DNA from: Psilocybe cubensis
Taxonomy: Eukaryota
Direction: 5' to 3'
Assembly: GCA_017499595.2 (NCBI GenBank)
Contig: CM039008.1
Coordinates: 1,240,001-1,304,000 of the forward strand
DNA length: 64,000 nt
Shown here: positions 1-12,714 of the stretch, one piece after another
Position numbering within the stretch: position 1 is the first letter of the stretch
How the letters are laid out: each line of letters begins with the position of its first letter
Program-made: the position numbers and the translations under genes
The notes under the pieces: generated by a model
Databases searched by the model: none
What the model was told of the DNA's origin: nothing
The model's input: only the letters and a program-made list of their open reading frames with translations

Positions 1-72
1 TTCCTGGGAAAAAATGGCAATTTTCCTCATTAACGATGCAAAAACGGTCGACGAGCAAATAGTCGCAACCAT
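1..72 (-). CDS. Possible 5' end of a gene running off the left edge (ATG-only first exon, intron, then GAA)
   Basis: The minus strand reads ATG|GTTGCG...GTTAAT...TTTTTCCCAG|GAA, a plausible 66-nt intron straight after the start codon. No product can be identified. Confidence 0.3.
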   Translation of the reverse strand, partial: MVATICSSTVFASLMRKIAIFSQE

Positions 73-543
73 GTTCTCACATCTCGCAAACTAAGATTGG
101 AAATCACGTCGATTACAGGTTGAGAGGCTTTCTATAGATGGGTGTGATCGTTGACAGAATGCGCACCTTGCCAGGCATTGGAAAACATAGCTGAAAACGC
201 GCGCAAAGAGGAGACACGCCGCGAAATAAAGACGCGTTTCGACGCGTCAAAGCTCCTTGACTACGCCGTTGCTGCGGTCGGCATGTTGGCCGCTTTTAAG
301 CTCATTCAAACTCAGAAAAGCACACCAACAGTATATACCACATGAATTTTACTACCAAGAACGTCAGCTAAACTGTTCCACATGGTTTTAAAAATTAAAC
401 AACATCGTAAAAAAGAGAATTGAGTAGCACTATTGTCCCCAAGTCGACCGGTTATGTAACTGCCAGTTTGGGACTTGAAGACTATTCACGGTTCACAGAG
501 ACTTACTGGGTCTTGAGTGACAAGGTAGAGTGTGACCCAAAAA

Positions 544-589
544 ACATGACAGTCAACATGACAATTACATGACAATTACATGACAATTA
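544..589. repeat. Short tandem repeat, unit ACATGACAATT (3 exact copies plus 1 variant)
   Basis: acatgacagtca acatgacaatt acatgacaatt acatgacaatt read directly. Confidence 0.75.
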
Positions 590-737
590 ACATAGTACAA
601 TATTATGGCAACAACCTAGCTAACATGTTAGATAGCCACATGACAGTTAGGTGCCCATCGTGTTACAAGTGGAAGGTAAAAACTCGACAAAACAGCATAT
701 ACCGCGTGATTGGATTTTGTGACTAACGATTCCTCAA

Positions 738-824
738 GCATTAATGGGGTAGTGGTAACCTGGGTCGTTGCCATCTCGAGCAAAAAAGCTCGACCCGCCG
801 GGGGTTCGATTCCCCCTTAATGCA
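738..824 (+). tRNA. tRNA-Gly(GCC) with 16-nt intron
   Basis: Acceptor stem GCATTAA/TTAATGC+A, D-arm GGGTAGTGGTAACC, anticodon arm GGTCG-TTGCCA-[TCTCGAGCAAAAAAGC]-T-CGACC, T-arm GGGGG-TTCGATT-CCCCC. Spliced length 71 nt. Confidence 0.95.
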
Positions 825-1127
825 CAATTGTGCAGGGATAATACGAGCGATCGTGCTATCCCTGTATAGTTATTTTTCTCTCCCTCTTTTTATTATTACG
901 GTTAGCTTTACGGAAAAATATCCTGGGTCTTGTCATGTTTACGAGAACTCAGCGGGACGTCAATATTTCGAGCTACAGACATATACGATTTTTTATACAC
1001 ATGCATGCTGATTGCACACCAATTCGTGTTTAGGGTAGGCCACATCGGTTTGGTTCTCTCATCCATTTTGCCGTCTAATTCCAGACTCACTCCAATTATC
1101 CGTTTTTCATGCTGTTTTCACATTGAT

Positions 1128-2504
1128 ATGATATCCTTTGCTGAATTAGTCGGAAACTCCACAGTGGTGCTTTTGGATGGCGGCCTTGTAAGCTTCAAAA
1201 GTTTAGCCTCTTTCCTGGCATACTTTAATTTAATGCCTTGATGAAAAACGTTACTCACACTAACATCCAGGGAACCACACTCGAGGACTACGTGGGCCTC
1301 GAAATATCTCAATCACCGCTCTGGTCTGCGCAACCTATTGCTTCTGCGAGTGAAGAGATAATGAAGGCCCATCTACTGTTTCTGCGTGCTGGGGCTAAAA
1401 TTCTGTCAACGTCAACGTGCGCTTCGCTGAGCGGATATCACTGTTAAAATTATTCTGAGTATGTTTGCTAGATACCAGTGCTCTGTAGAGACATTTCAGG
1501 CCGCAGGATTTGATTCAGAGCTGGCAAAGTCGCTTATGCTTAAGTCTGTTCTCATCGCTACAAAAGCAAGGGAAATTTTTGAAGCAGAATCCATACAAGC
1601 AGGCTTCCCACTTCAGAATCCAACTATCATTGCACTATCTCTAGGGCCTTTTGGCGCTATCCTAAAGCCAACACAGGAGTTCCGCGGGTTCTACCCACCA
1701 CCGTACGGTCCTTTGGAATACAGTGATGATCATATAAATCACAATTCATTCAAAGAGAACGAATCGAAACAAGAGGCTGATGCGATAGATGCGCTGACGC
1801 AATTTCATTATGAACGTCTCTTGGTATATGCATCCTCTGTTAATACGTGGAAGAGCATAGACTGCATTGCTTTCGAAACCGTCCCACTCAAGCGCGAGGT
1901 AATCGCAATTCGCCACGCCATCCAACTGCTGCATACTTGGATTGTAAAAAGAGGAGGTGAAATGAAACCCTGGTGGATCAGTTGTGTCTTCCCCGACGGG
2001 AACTCACCAGCAGAACTTCTCCCTGATGGTCCCAAGATTTCGATCGATGGAATGCTCGACGCCGCTTTTTCCGAAATGGGAGAGAGCAACGGGCGGCTAC
2101 CTACACCCTCTGGCTTTGGCATAAACTGCACGAAACCGGAATATCTACCTGCTCTGGCTGCATCTACAGTCGGCTACTTCAAAGCACATTTGGATAAATT
2201 GATTTCCAAACCATGGCTTATTATCTATCCCAACGGTAACGATGTATATGACGAAGAAACACGATCCTGGGTAGGCAAATCTCAAGGATCTCACATAAAC
2301 TGGGCGAATGAAGTTGGTAATCTTGTTATGGAACTTCCCACTGGCAACAATGTTATAGGCGGCGTGGTAGTGGGAGGATGTTGTAAGACAGGTCCAGAGC
2401 ATATATCTTCTTTGCGGTCAAAACGTAGGTCGCTCAATTTCTTTCCTCAATTCTGACAAGCTCATACTAACCTTCAAGTTCAATGTTTCCCAGTGCACCT
2501 TTAA
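1128..2504 (+). CDS. Homocysteine S-methyltransferase family protein (SAM4/MHT1-like), multi-exon
   Basis: Spliced motifs VLLDGGL|GTTLE, LWSA, AHLLFLRAGAKILST, LSLGPFGA, FETVP, GINC, YPNG and Zn-binding GGCC. Confidence 0.9.
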
Positions 2505-2739
2505 CAATGGTCATATTTGCCTTCTTTGCGAGACTAGCTTGGAGACCGAGGAAGTTGAAATGTGATTCAAAGCACTGGTTGCCCTTAGACTGTCGCGTAT
2601 ATTGAGGGTAGCTTGAACTACTTAATTTAAAAGTTGATTTGTACCGTGAGGAGAATCAAAGAGAATTAGTCTTTTGTTCTTCACCTGTAATCTGAAATAT
2701 GCACCTTCTGATATTGGCTACTTGTGTACCTTTTATCGA

Positions 2740-2825
2740 GCATTAATGGGGTAGTGGTAACCTGGGTCGTTGCCATCTCGAGCAAAAAGCTCGACCCGCC
2801 GGGGGTTCGATTCCCCCTTAATGCA
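2740..2825 (+). tRNA. tRNA-Gly(GCC) with 15-nt intron
   Basis: Identical to 738-824 except for one fewer A in the intron A-run. Confidence 0.95.
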
Positions 2826-3176
2826 CGATTGTTCAGTGTATACATCCAGTCATGGATGTATACGTTGTACAGTTTTTGCTTCACATCAGGCTTTGCTAGC
2901 ACGACGTTCATGTTTCTCTACAATGATTGACTTAATCTTTGTTGGACTATCAATCTCGCAACTTTTTCGATTATGTCGCTGTAAGCCTCGAACCTTCCGG
3001 AGGACTGGGAATTCCATTTGCTATTGAACACCCTGGCACCTTCAAGGTCTCCATGTAGGTTTTTCAAGGTATATTCATCAACAAAAAGCATAACATATGT
3101 TACACCAAGCACTACAAAACACAGCAAGGGGAAATCTACACGTCGCTCAAGATCCCTAGGTCTCTCACCCAGATGA

Positions 3177-5604
3177 TCACGCGGTTTTTACACCACCCCA
3201 CACAACCTTTTGGCCTGACCTCGCTGGTCGATTTTGGCCCGCCACGGCTTCCGCCTGTTGCTGAGAATTCACGCCAGATGCTGTACCGCCGCTCGTTTTC
3301 GGGGGCACAGGGAGAGGCATGTTTTTGAGGTCGTCAAGAATCTTCTGCGTGCGCTCAGTGTTTTTGATGAACCAGCCTGCGTATCTCCTGCCAATTGTGG
3401 ATTCAGCAATGTGGACCATGTTCTGAGGTAGAGCAAAAGAAGGTAAGCATTGGTATTGGAGGTTTACAGGAAGACACCTACCTCGTCGATGACGAAGTTG
3501 AGATCACTGGTGGTGATCATTTGCCCATCTAGGAGGCTAGTTCCCTCGCTGCCAGTAACGCGGCTAATGCTTCTGCTCGCCTGCTTGAGCACCATCATCT
3601 CCTGTACCAGCTCCTCTTCATCTGCGTCCAAGAAATTGGCAAGTTTCTTTGCACCGAGGCTCGTGTACAGCTTGAGGAAACTCCTGAGGGTTGGCACCTG
3701 GAGCTGCGCAGCGACGTCGGCCAGGAAAAGGTCCAGATGGCGGTGTGTCGAGTCTGCCTGGGGCGAGGATTGGGTAGGTGACTCGGCATCAGCGCTGCTG
3801 GAGATGAGGGCGTTGATGGCAACAGGGTCCTCGTATGGAGGGGGGTTGGCGGTGATGAATTTTGGGCAGGCGTAAATGAAGAGTTCCTCGAACGCGGCAA
3901 GAGCGTCTGAGCTATATGATAATTAAAAGAATAAGCCACGAAAACACAGTAATTGACAAAATGAACTTACCCTCCGCGCGCCATTTTAGCATATTGCTCT
4001 CCGTAACGCTCCTTTGCAATGTTGGCGATATTGTCGTCGAGTCTGCTGGGAGACAGGGCATGGCACATGGCAAACAAAGCATACATTCTGTCCGCGGTTT
4101 TGTTGATCTAAGTCAAAACTGTCAGTGATGAAGAATAAATTCTCAGAAATATACTGACTTGATCATATTGATAACTGCGGGTGTGGTACTGACGCATTCT
4201 CATAATGAAGTTGAGTATCGTCACAAATGTGCGGATAGCGTCTGGGTAACGGCGGAGCATGATGTAGCAGAAACCAACATAATAGTATGTAGCAACGTGG
4301 CAGGCGGTTACTCTCGTGAAGGGAGTCTACAAAAAAATCAAAAAACGTATCTGACAATATAAGGAGGAGATTTGACCTTTTGATTGAGTTCCACATTTTC
4401 CATAACCTTCAAACCAAGAGTAAAATCACCGAGATGGACGTGCACTCTCAGCAAGCCAATGATGCTGAAGTATCCAAGCATACGATAGAGGGGGCGTTGA
4501 CCATATTCACCGACAATTTCTCTGTCAAAAGGTTTTAGAAGCCAGATAAAAAGAACCAACAAAGTCCACCCACGCAATCTCCTCCGCCGATTTGCCTTCT
4601 CTCTGAGCGATGATGTATTCGTTGACCCGAGACTTTTGCATCAACGAGTACAAGACGTTGAGAACACTGTATGAACTCCAAACCTTCGGATTTGTTAAAT
4701 TCTTGCGTGTAAGAAGAATTATCCGGTATCACTCACGGGACCACCCTCTGCCAACATAAGCAACTCGTCTGGTGTCTTGGTGGTAACTTTTGACCGCCAC
4801 GTGCAGAAAACTTGGTATTGGTAGATAAATTCATCGATGATGTCCCAAAGCCATTGTTCGGGAAGTTCGAGCTCAACGGGGCCATCGGAATCTGTCCATA
4901 TGATTAGTGTGATTCATGAATCACCTAGTCGAAAAGAATGTGCGCACTGAGGAGATAGTTGAACAATTCACAGCTATTCTCATACGAATGGAAGCGATCG
5001 TCGATATTAGGTTGGAGACGGGAGTAGACGTGGCGGTAGTAGAGCTCGCGGTAGAGAATGAGGAAGATAGGATCTACTGGAGAATTAGCTCTTGATCAAC
5101 ATAGAATGCAAAAAAGTAACGTACCATCATTAACCAGAGGAGCAATTAACTCAGCTTCTGGCCACTCCGTCTTCGAGTAGAACTTTTCAGTGTACTTGTT
5201 CCATCCACTTTCGTATGCAACGGTAATTTCAGCAAGATTATTGTCCAGAACAGCTTGGTGGAAATGAACAATGAACTGCAGAGGGGTAAGATGAGACAGA
5301 AAATGCAAGGTAGCTTGATACATGACGAACACTTTTGACAACGTCAGGGATCTGTTGGAAAGCAGCCTGTTGGGCCATGTGCTGTTGCATGGCGAGAAGG
5401 GTTGACTCATCGATCTGAGGTTGGTGTATATGAGCTGCAAGACCGATGAAAACATCAATATTTTGAGAGATGCGGTAGTCGTCAAAAGTGCTTACAATCC
5501 TCATATTGGACATTTTGACCATATCCATCCAGAGCTATTGTCATGTCAACATCTTCTTCAAGATCTTCCTCAGCATTCCAAAGAGCAAGTCGTTGCTGCG
5601 CCAT
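3177..5604 (-). CDS. EIF3L: Eukaryotic translation initiation factor 3 subunit L, multi-exon
   Basis: Motifs [88 protein letters not shown]. Confidence 0.93.
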
Positions 5605-6503
5605 TTTGTTATCCAAGCAGGTAATCGACCTCGCCGCGAGGATGCAAGAAATTTGTGTTTTCGGCAATTTCCGACGTTCATCACGTCTGGCGGTCTTTTT
5701 GGCCACGACTCTCTTCAACATCTACACCTCTAACTCATTCTCATCCAACTGTCGCGAACTAAAGACTTGAAACTAACTTGAAAGAGAAATAACAGCACCT
5801 GAAGAAATTGTAGAGACCTACTAATGGCGAACATTTAATTCCATGTCCGCAAGGGTCTGAAATCTTCTTCCAAACCCGCCACCATATGCACTGCTTATCT
5901 CCAAATTATGGGTGTCGTCCCGGACGCATTGCCTTCTGCGAATCTCATTAATGGATTACTATGCCTGCGTACTCGCTCATGCGGCCTTATTATTCATATA
6001 GCTTTCCGGAAGAGATTGACCTTTGGACGGTTTGCTACTACTAGTATATCTATAGTGGTTTTCAGCACCTATATAAGTTTAAAGTATTTGGAACCTGATT
6101 TTATCGATTTGCCCTCGATGTCTCTTGCATAAGATGTTATTTTTGTTTGAAAGATTGGGAAAATAAGGATAACGATGACTCTTAGATGAAGAGAGAGGTC
6201 AGGTTCCCAGTGACAAACTCTCACAGAAATGTATATTTAGTTGGTAATGTGTGTAAGACATATAAAAAGTTCGACAAACATGAAGGTTTAAAGGAGGGAG
6301 ATGATGTTAATCGGAGGTTGATAACTTGATATAAACAGACACCCCTAAAGTTTTGCTTTGCACCAACCTCAGAACCAAACAATGGTGACAATTCCTGCAC
6401 CGAATTCGGCACGAGCAACTGGATTGAGCCTTCCACTTCCTCCTACACTGTCTCTCGAGCCCGTGCATCTTCTCTTCTTGTACAGCAGAGAAAATAGCCC
6501 ATC

Positions 6504-7505
6504 ATGTCTCGCGCTCTCAACGACGATGAAGTACTCAGCGAGATGAACAAGATGGTCAGTCTGCATTGCATGACGTTGGAGTGCACCAATCTTTGCCTCG
6601 CAAGTCATATGCCAATGACGTTTTGGTTTTCATTGGTGTAGGTGGCGTTCATCAAGCAGGAGGCATTGGAGAAGGCTCGCGAGATTAAGGTCAAAGCAGA
6701 TGAGGAATTCGCTATCGAGAAAGTGTGTCCAAACCCGATTCTATCTCTCAGTACGTGCCTGACATTTCCTTTGCGCAGGCTAAATTGGTAAGGCAAGAAC
6801 AACAAGCCATCGACGCACAGTACGAAAAGAAGCGAAAAGGCGCAGAGGTGGCTCAGAAGATGTGCGCTTCTTATTATATGTTTCCCTTAGTATCGTTGTT
6901 GATATAGAACCCCTTGGGATCCAGCGCCCAATCAACGATAACCAACAAATCGCGACTAAAGCTCCTACACAAACGCGAGGAAATTCTGCAACAAATCTTT
7001 GCCGCTGTTCGCGAGCCAGAAACTCCACTTTACAAGACGCAAGGATACGTGCAATTCCTGGAAGGCGTGCTGACCGAATCGTTCCTGTACATCCTGGAAC
7101 CTAATGTGACGATCTATTCTCGGGAATCGGATGTGGACACCGTCAAACAGGCCGCTGAGAACGCGGCAAAAGCTTACAAGGAGATCAGCGGGAGAAACAT
7201 CGCGTATGAGGTGGAAGGTTCAATTGCAGATGATTCGTAAGTCGGTTCATACGGTTCTGCACGATTATACCAATCTTTTATTGTTCTTTCAAATAGGAGC
7301 CAAGGCGGAGTGAAGCTAGTGAGCGGGACAGGTCGAATCACGCTAGACAATACGATGGAGGAACGCCTGCGTCTTCTGGAAGATAAGGTAAATATTCAGG
7401 CTGCACTGTATATTATCAAACTATTTATGACTGTCCTCCCAGATGCTACCTGAAATCAGGACCAGTCTTTTCGGAAAGAATGAAAACAGGAAATTTTATA
7501 CATAG
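6504..7505 (+). CDS. VMA4: V-type proton ATPase subunit E, multi-exon
   Basis: MSRALNDDEVLSEMNKM|VAFIKQEALEKAREIKVKADEEFAIEK...ITLDNTMEERLRLLEDK|MLPEIRTSLFGKNENRKFYT*. Confidence 0.95.
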
Positions 7506-7775
7506 TTCTCGAATCCAATCAAATGATTAGGCCTAGGACTCTCTTACACTCAATGGACTTCCTTTCGGACGTTTGTGTGCAATCCAGTAGTCACACTTGA
7601 AGATTTTAATATGCAACATGAATTAATACCGACACGATGATTACGATCACATTGACATCCTTTTACAGTTAACTTACTTTAATAAACAAAATGCGGAAAA
7701 AGACTTCAAACTTGTACCTACCTCCAAGTGCAACAAAACAGAAAATCAAGGGGATCTGTATTGCAACAACCTGAT

Positions 7776-7862
7776 TGCATTAAGGGGGAATCGAACCCCC
7801 GGCGGGTCGAGCTTGTATACTCGATATGGCAACGACCCAGGTTACCACTACCCCATTAATGC
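7776..7862 (-). tRNA. tRNA-Gly(GCC) with 16-nt intron (diverged intron)
   Basis: The reverse complement has the same exons as the other two copies; the intron is TATCGAGTATACAAGC. Confidence 0.95.
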
Positions 7863-8305
7863 ATGTCCAATTGTTCTGCGGGCGCTACACGGCCCGCTCG
7901 GCGCTAGGAACATTAGAACGGATGAATAGCACATAGAAGAAGTTTGAAAAAGTGGGTTCTCCATCTACTCTTTGCAGCATTATAGCGAACTCGTCCAATT
8001 TTCCCGAGAATTTGTCGTTGGCCAACCTCCGAACAAGTACTCTCTGCAGTGTTGTGAACACGTGTACAAACGGTACGGCCCGTCGGCTGCCTTGTTGCTG
8101 TCAGAATCCTGAGACGCTGAGGACGAACCTACTCGCCCGAAGAGCATCAACGATTCAGCACTGTCAATCACTAGTATCGCATTTTTGCGCTATCTTCTGT
8201 CATGTGGGGATAATATCCCAGGAGCGTTACGACATGTCCTACTATATAATGTCCAGCACAACTCCCATTTTTCGGGCCACTTTCTGGCACATTCAAAATT
8301 TCGCA

Positions 8306-11300
8306 ATGCGGATAAGTGCAGCACTCGTTCAACTCTTTGAACTAATAGTCTTCTTGTCCACCCCGACGTTATGTGCTCCGCCTTCTTTCCCCACTACAGG
8401 AAATGGGCTTTGGTACACCGAACCAGGTAACATTTGGTCAAGAGAATGGCTTCCTGTTGGGAATGGTTATCTTGCTGGTAATCTTCGCCTATCTAATAAC
8501 AGTATGGCTGTATACTGAGTCAGTATCCTTTAAGCCATGATACCTGGTGGTACAGTTCAAGAAACTACGCAGCTTAACATCGAATCTCTTTGGTCTGGGG
8601 GACCTTTTGCCGATCCGGTACGCACACAACAGTTGCGAATGCACGAGAACTATTAAATGTCGTATTCATTCGTCTAGTTATATAATGGAGGAAACAAGCA
8701 ACCGTCAGACCAAACCAGACTGCACAGCTGATGCACAGCATTCGTCAGACCATATTTCAAAGCCCGACTGGAGACATCGACGGTAAGCGGTCATTCAGAT
8801 ATCTTCTCTCCAACTTCTCTCAGTTGGCTAATTAAAAACCTCATCCGGATTGCTAGACATCGAAGGTCTTACAACCGATGCCGGGCAATACGGTACTTTA
8901 CCAATGGCTCTCCCAACTACGGTTTGTCGCTTATCCGCTAATCTTATGCAGGATCCTACGCAGGAGCCGGTCATCTATTAACGACTTTGAACATCAACGG
9001 GTCGATCTCTGGCTATAATCGATGGCTTGACCTTGATAAAGCCCTTGCACGAACTTCTTGGACACAGAACGGACATAATATCTTGAGGTAACTCGCTCTA
9101 CAGTACCAGGCACTTGCAAATTCTCTCAACACATTCCAGAACGACGTTTTGTTCGAACCCGACCAAAGCATGCGTGCAGCATATGCAGACCGACGTGCCA
9201 ACGCTCCCAGATCTGACCTTTTCATTCACTGTTGACCTTGAACCAGGCCTTCCTGCTCCCAATATTACTTGCCTTTCGCCAAGCTCATTGCTTGTTTCCG
9301 GTTTGGTATCACATTCTCCTCCTGGAATGGCTTACGCTTTGATTTTCAATGCATATACTGCATCGTCTAAAGCCGTTTTTCAATGTGTACAGCAGCCAGT
9401 TGCATCTGGAAACCTTCCCAACGCCACCTTGCACATATTTTCACATAACGGCAGTGCTAACACGGAAGCATGGATCGTTTGGACGGGGGACACAGAATAC
9501 GACATGAACGCTGGCGACGCTGCTCATAATTTCTCATTTCGGGGAGAAAGTCCAGTCACCAAACTCTTGTCTTCTCGTTCTCCAGAATCTTTCTCTGACT
9601 ACAACGCGTTGTTGAAGCAGCACATCGGAGACATTTACAACATCCTTCACAGGCCCTTCGCTCTGGATTTAGGGCAGGTACCCGATTTAGATTCACCCAC
9701 AGATATCATAAAAGACAGGTACTCCATTAACGGACCCCCAAGTAACGCCTATCTCGATTGGTTGACATTCAACTACGGACGTTACCTGCTAGCCAGCAGC
9801 TCTCGCGGAGCTCTTCCTGCCAACCTTCAGGGTAAATGGGCAAATGGGATCGGTAATCCGTGGAGTGCTGGTGAGCTTTTATGCCAGCTATGTATTATCA
9901 GTTATATGTCATGACATGGTGTATCTCTTTGTCAGATTATCGTGAGTAATTCAATACCTGTGGTAGCCCACATTTTAACCTATGCTACAATAGACTCAAA
10001 TATCAATATCCAAATGAACTATTGGCTCGCTGAGATGACAGGCTTGAGTGAGTTGACGATTCCGTTATTCAACTATTTTGAGGTATGCCAGGCATTTTTA
10101 TCTCCCCTGTTTTGTTGACAATGCCATTGAGCAGAAAACCTGGGTGCCACGCGGAGCTGAAACGGCGCAAGTTCTCTACAACATCTCTCGAGGATGGGTC
10201 ACTCATAACGAAATGAACGTACGTAACATAATGGGTCATTTCCTTTAAGCTCTCTATGACGATATTATACGACCTAGATTTTTGGACACACTGGAATGAA
10301 GGGTGGGGGTAACACCGCACAATGGGCCAATTATCCCGGTACGTGACTAGGCGAAACTTCAAACCTTAGACTTAGCAAGAATCCTGCTGAGCAGAATCTG
10401 CTGTGTGGATGGTGTGTATTCAATCTAAATGTGTCGATTCAACCTCACAGCTCTCTTCTTTGGCGTAGATGCTTCATGTGTGGGATCATTTCGACCATAC
10501 AAACGATGTAGCATGGTGGAAATCTCAGGGATGGCCCCTTATCAAGGTGAGAGTGTTATTTTGGCCATTACGTTGCTCTACACCAATATTCATTGCAATT
10601 CCAACAGGGAGTGGCAAGTTTCCATCTAGACAAACTTATCCCGGACGAGTATTTCAATGACAACACTCTCGTTGTCAATCCCTGCAACTCCCCCGAGCAA
10701 GTACCTATCACGCTTGGTGCGCTTCGATTGAAATATGGAGTGACCTGTTGTGAAATTCTAACTTGAACTACTTCGATAAGGATGCGCTCATGCGCAACAA
10801 ATCATTTGGCAGTTATTCAACGCCGTTGAGAAAGGATTTAACGCATCAGGAGACCCCGATATTAAATTCCTCGCCGGTAAGTTTACTGATTATGTGCCAG
10901 GTATGTGTTTAATCTACTGATTATAATCGTTTAGATGTAAAAGCAGCGCGCTCGAAGATGGATAAAGGCATCAAAATTGGTTCTTGGGGGCAACTGCAAG
11001 GTATGAAGTATCATATCATAAAAACAAATAAAGCCTTATGGACATGTACATCAACTCCCCTCAGAATGGAAGATTGAGAAAGACTCCCCAAGTGACACGC
11101 ATCGTCACCTATCCCATCTTATTGGGCTTTATCCTGGCTACGCTATAGCAAATTTTGATCCATCTCCTTCTGTGCAAGGGAACGGTGCCGCGAAGAACTA
11201 TCAAAAGAATGAAGTTCTTGCAGCTGCTACAGTCAGCCTTGCGCATCGCGGTAACGGAACTGGATCTGACGCTGACTCTGGATGGGAAAAGGCATGGAGA

Positions 11301-11872
11301 GCCGCAGCATGGGCTCAGTTGTCGAACAGTTCTATGTTTTATCAAGAACTATCGGTGAGCACACATCGTTCTTTTAACTGTATACTCCGCTTGGCCGACT
11401 GACCACAACCTCAGTTTGCCCTTCACGAAAACTTCGGAGCGAACCTTTTTAGCTTGTACGATCCAGCGGATGACGATCCAGTTTTCCAAATTGACGCAAA
11501 CTTCGGATTCCCTGCCGCGGTCATGGCAAGCAAGATTCTTTGGTCACTGTTGTCCTATTAATAACGAAAGCAATATTTTAGAACGCTCTTCTCCAGGCAC
11601 CAGACGTTGCGAGTATCACCACCCCCCTTGTGATCACCATTCTTCCGGCTCTTCCCGCTCAATGGCCTTCTGGCTCCATTCGAGGCGCTCGTGTTCGTGG
11701 AGGGATCACGGTGGACATTCAATGGAACAAAGGTCGCCCCACCTCAGTCACTCTCCAAGTGGACTCTCTAAAGAACCTAAAGCACAGGCCAGTGCATGTG
11801 GTCTATAAGAAACATGTGCTTGCTTCTTTCACTGCGATTCCTGGGCTGAAAAAAGTGCTCAGTGGGTTTTGA
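8306..11872 (+). CDS. Secreted glycoside hydrolase family 95 (alpha-1,2-L-fucosidase-like), copy 1, many introns
   Basis: Signal-peptide-like N-terminus; [85 protein letters not shown]. Confidence 0.93.
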
Positions 11873-12714
11873 GTCCTGACAATGTACATTGGGAAGTTCA
11901 AGGGCTCTGACTCCTGAGAACGGCCATCACGTGTACCAATCATCATAAGTACCTACCTTACATTGGATTCAACTTGGATTAATCTTTTTATCATCTCTGC
12001 GATACCAACAACATTCTCGATGACGCGACCTCCATTCAGCGTCAGACTACCTACCGCCTCAATCAGCTTCATCTTCTACACAGGCGTGCATCACGTATGG
12101 GTCATTGCTTGTAAAACTTCTACCCTATTACTTACTGCCCCCTGAACCTATCTAACTACGCAACAAGATGCGATCGCGACACGCCAACGACTCGTTGGAT
12201 GCAGGAAGTGTACAGTGAAATGTGTATGTTGCTCAATATTAACATGAAACATCCATGCAGAAGCCGTCCGGATGCCGGTACGTGCTACTTCTCTTCGAAA
12301 ACAAATAGGCCGTTGAATTAGATTTCTGGCAATAAAGTCAGTCTACGTCGTCATGAGCATGCAAACGGTCCGCAGAGAATCTTAAACTCAAATTGCACAA
12401 CCTATTCTTGATTCTTGGTGATCTGAAAGGGTTCGTGACTCCACCGAAAGTCTTCCGTCTTCTGCAACATCGAACCCATCTCTTTTCGCCGAGATTTGCG
12501 GATGCCGAATGAGAAGCTCACTTTGCGCGTAAATGCGCATGTAGCGTAGCATAAACTGCAACCGAGCACAAAACCAGCGTCATCTATCTCTAGTCTGTGT
12601 TCTTTTGGGGCGCTTCTATCATGTGGAGCCGGTCAACAAGCTTTGAAAATTGCGCCGTAGACGACTATTTAATGGACGACGGACGTTTTACGGTCTCATT
12701 GGAAAGATTTTGCA

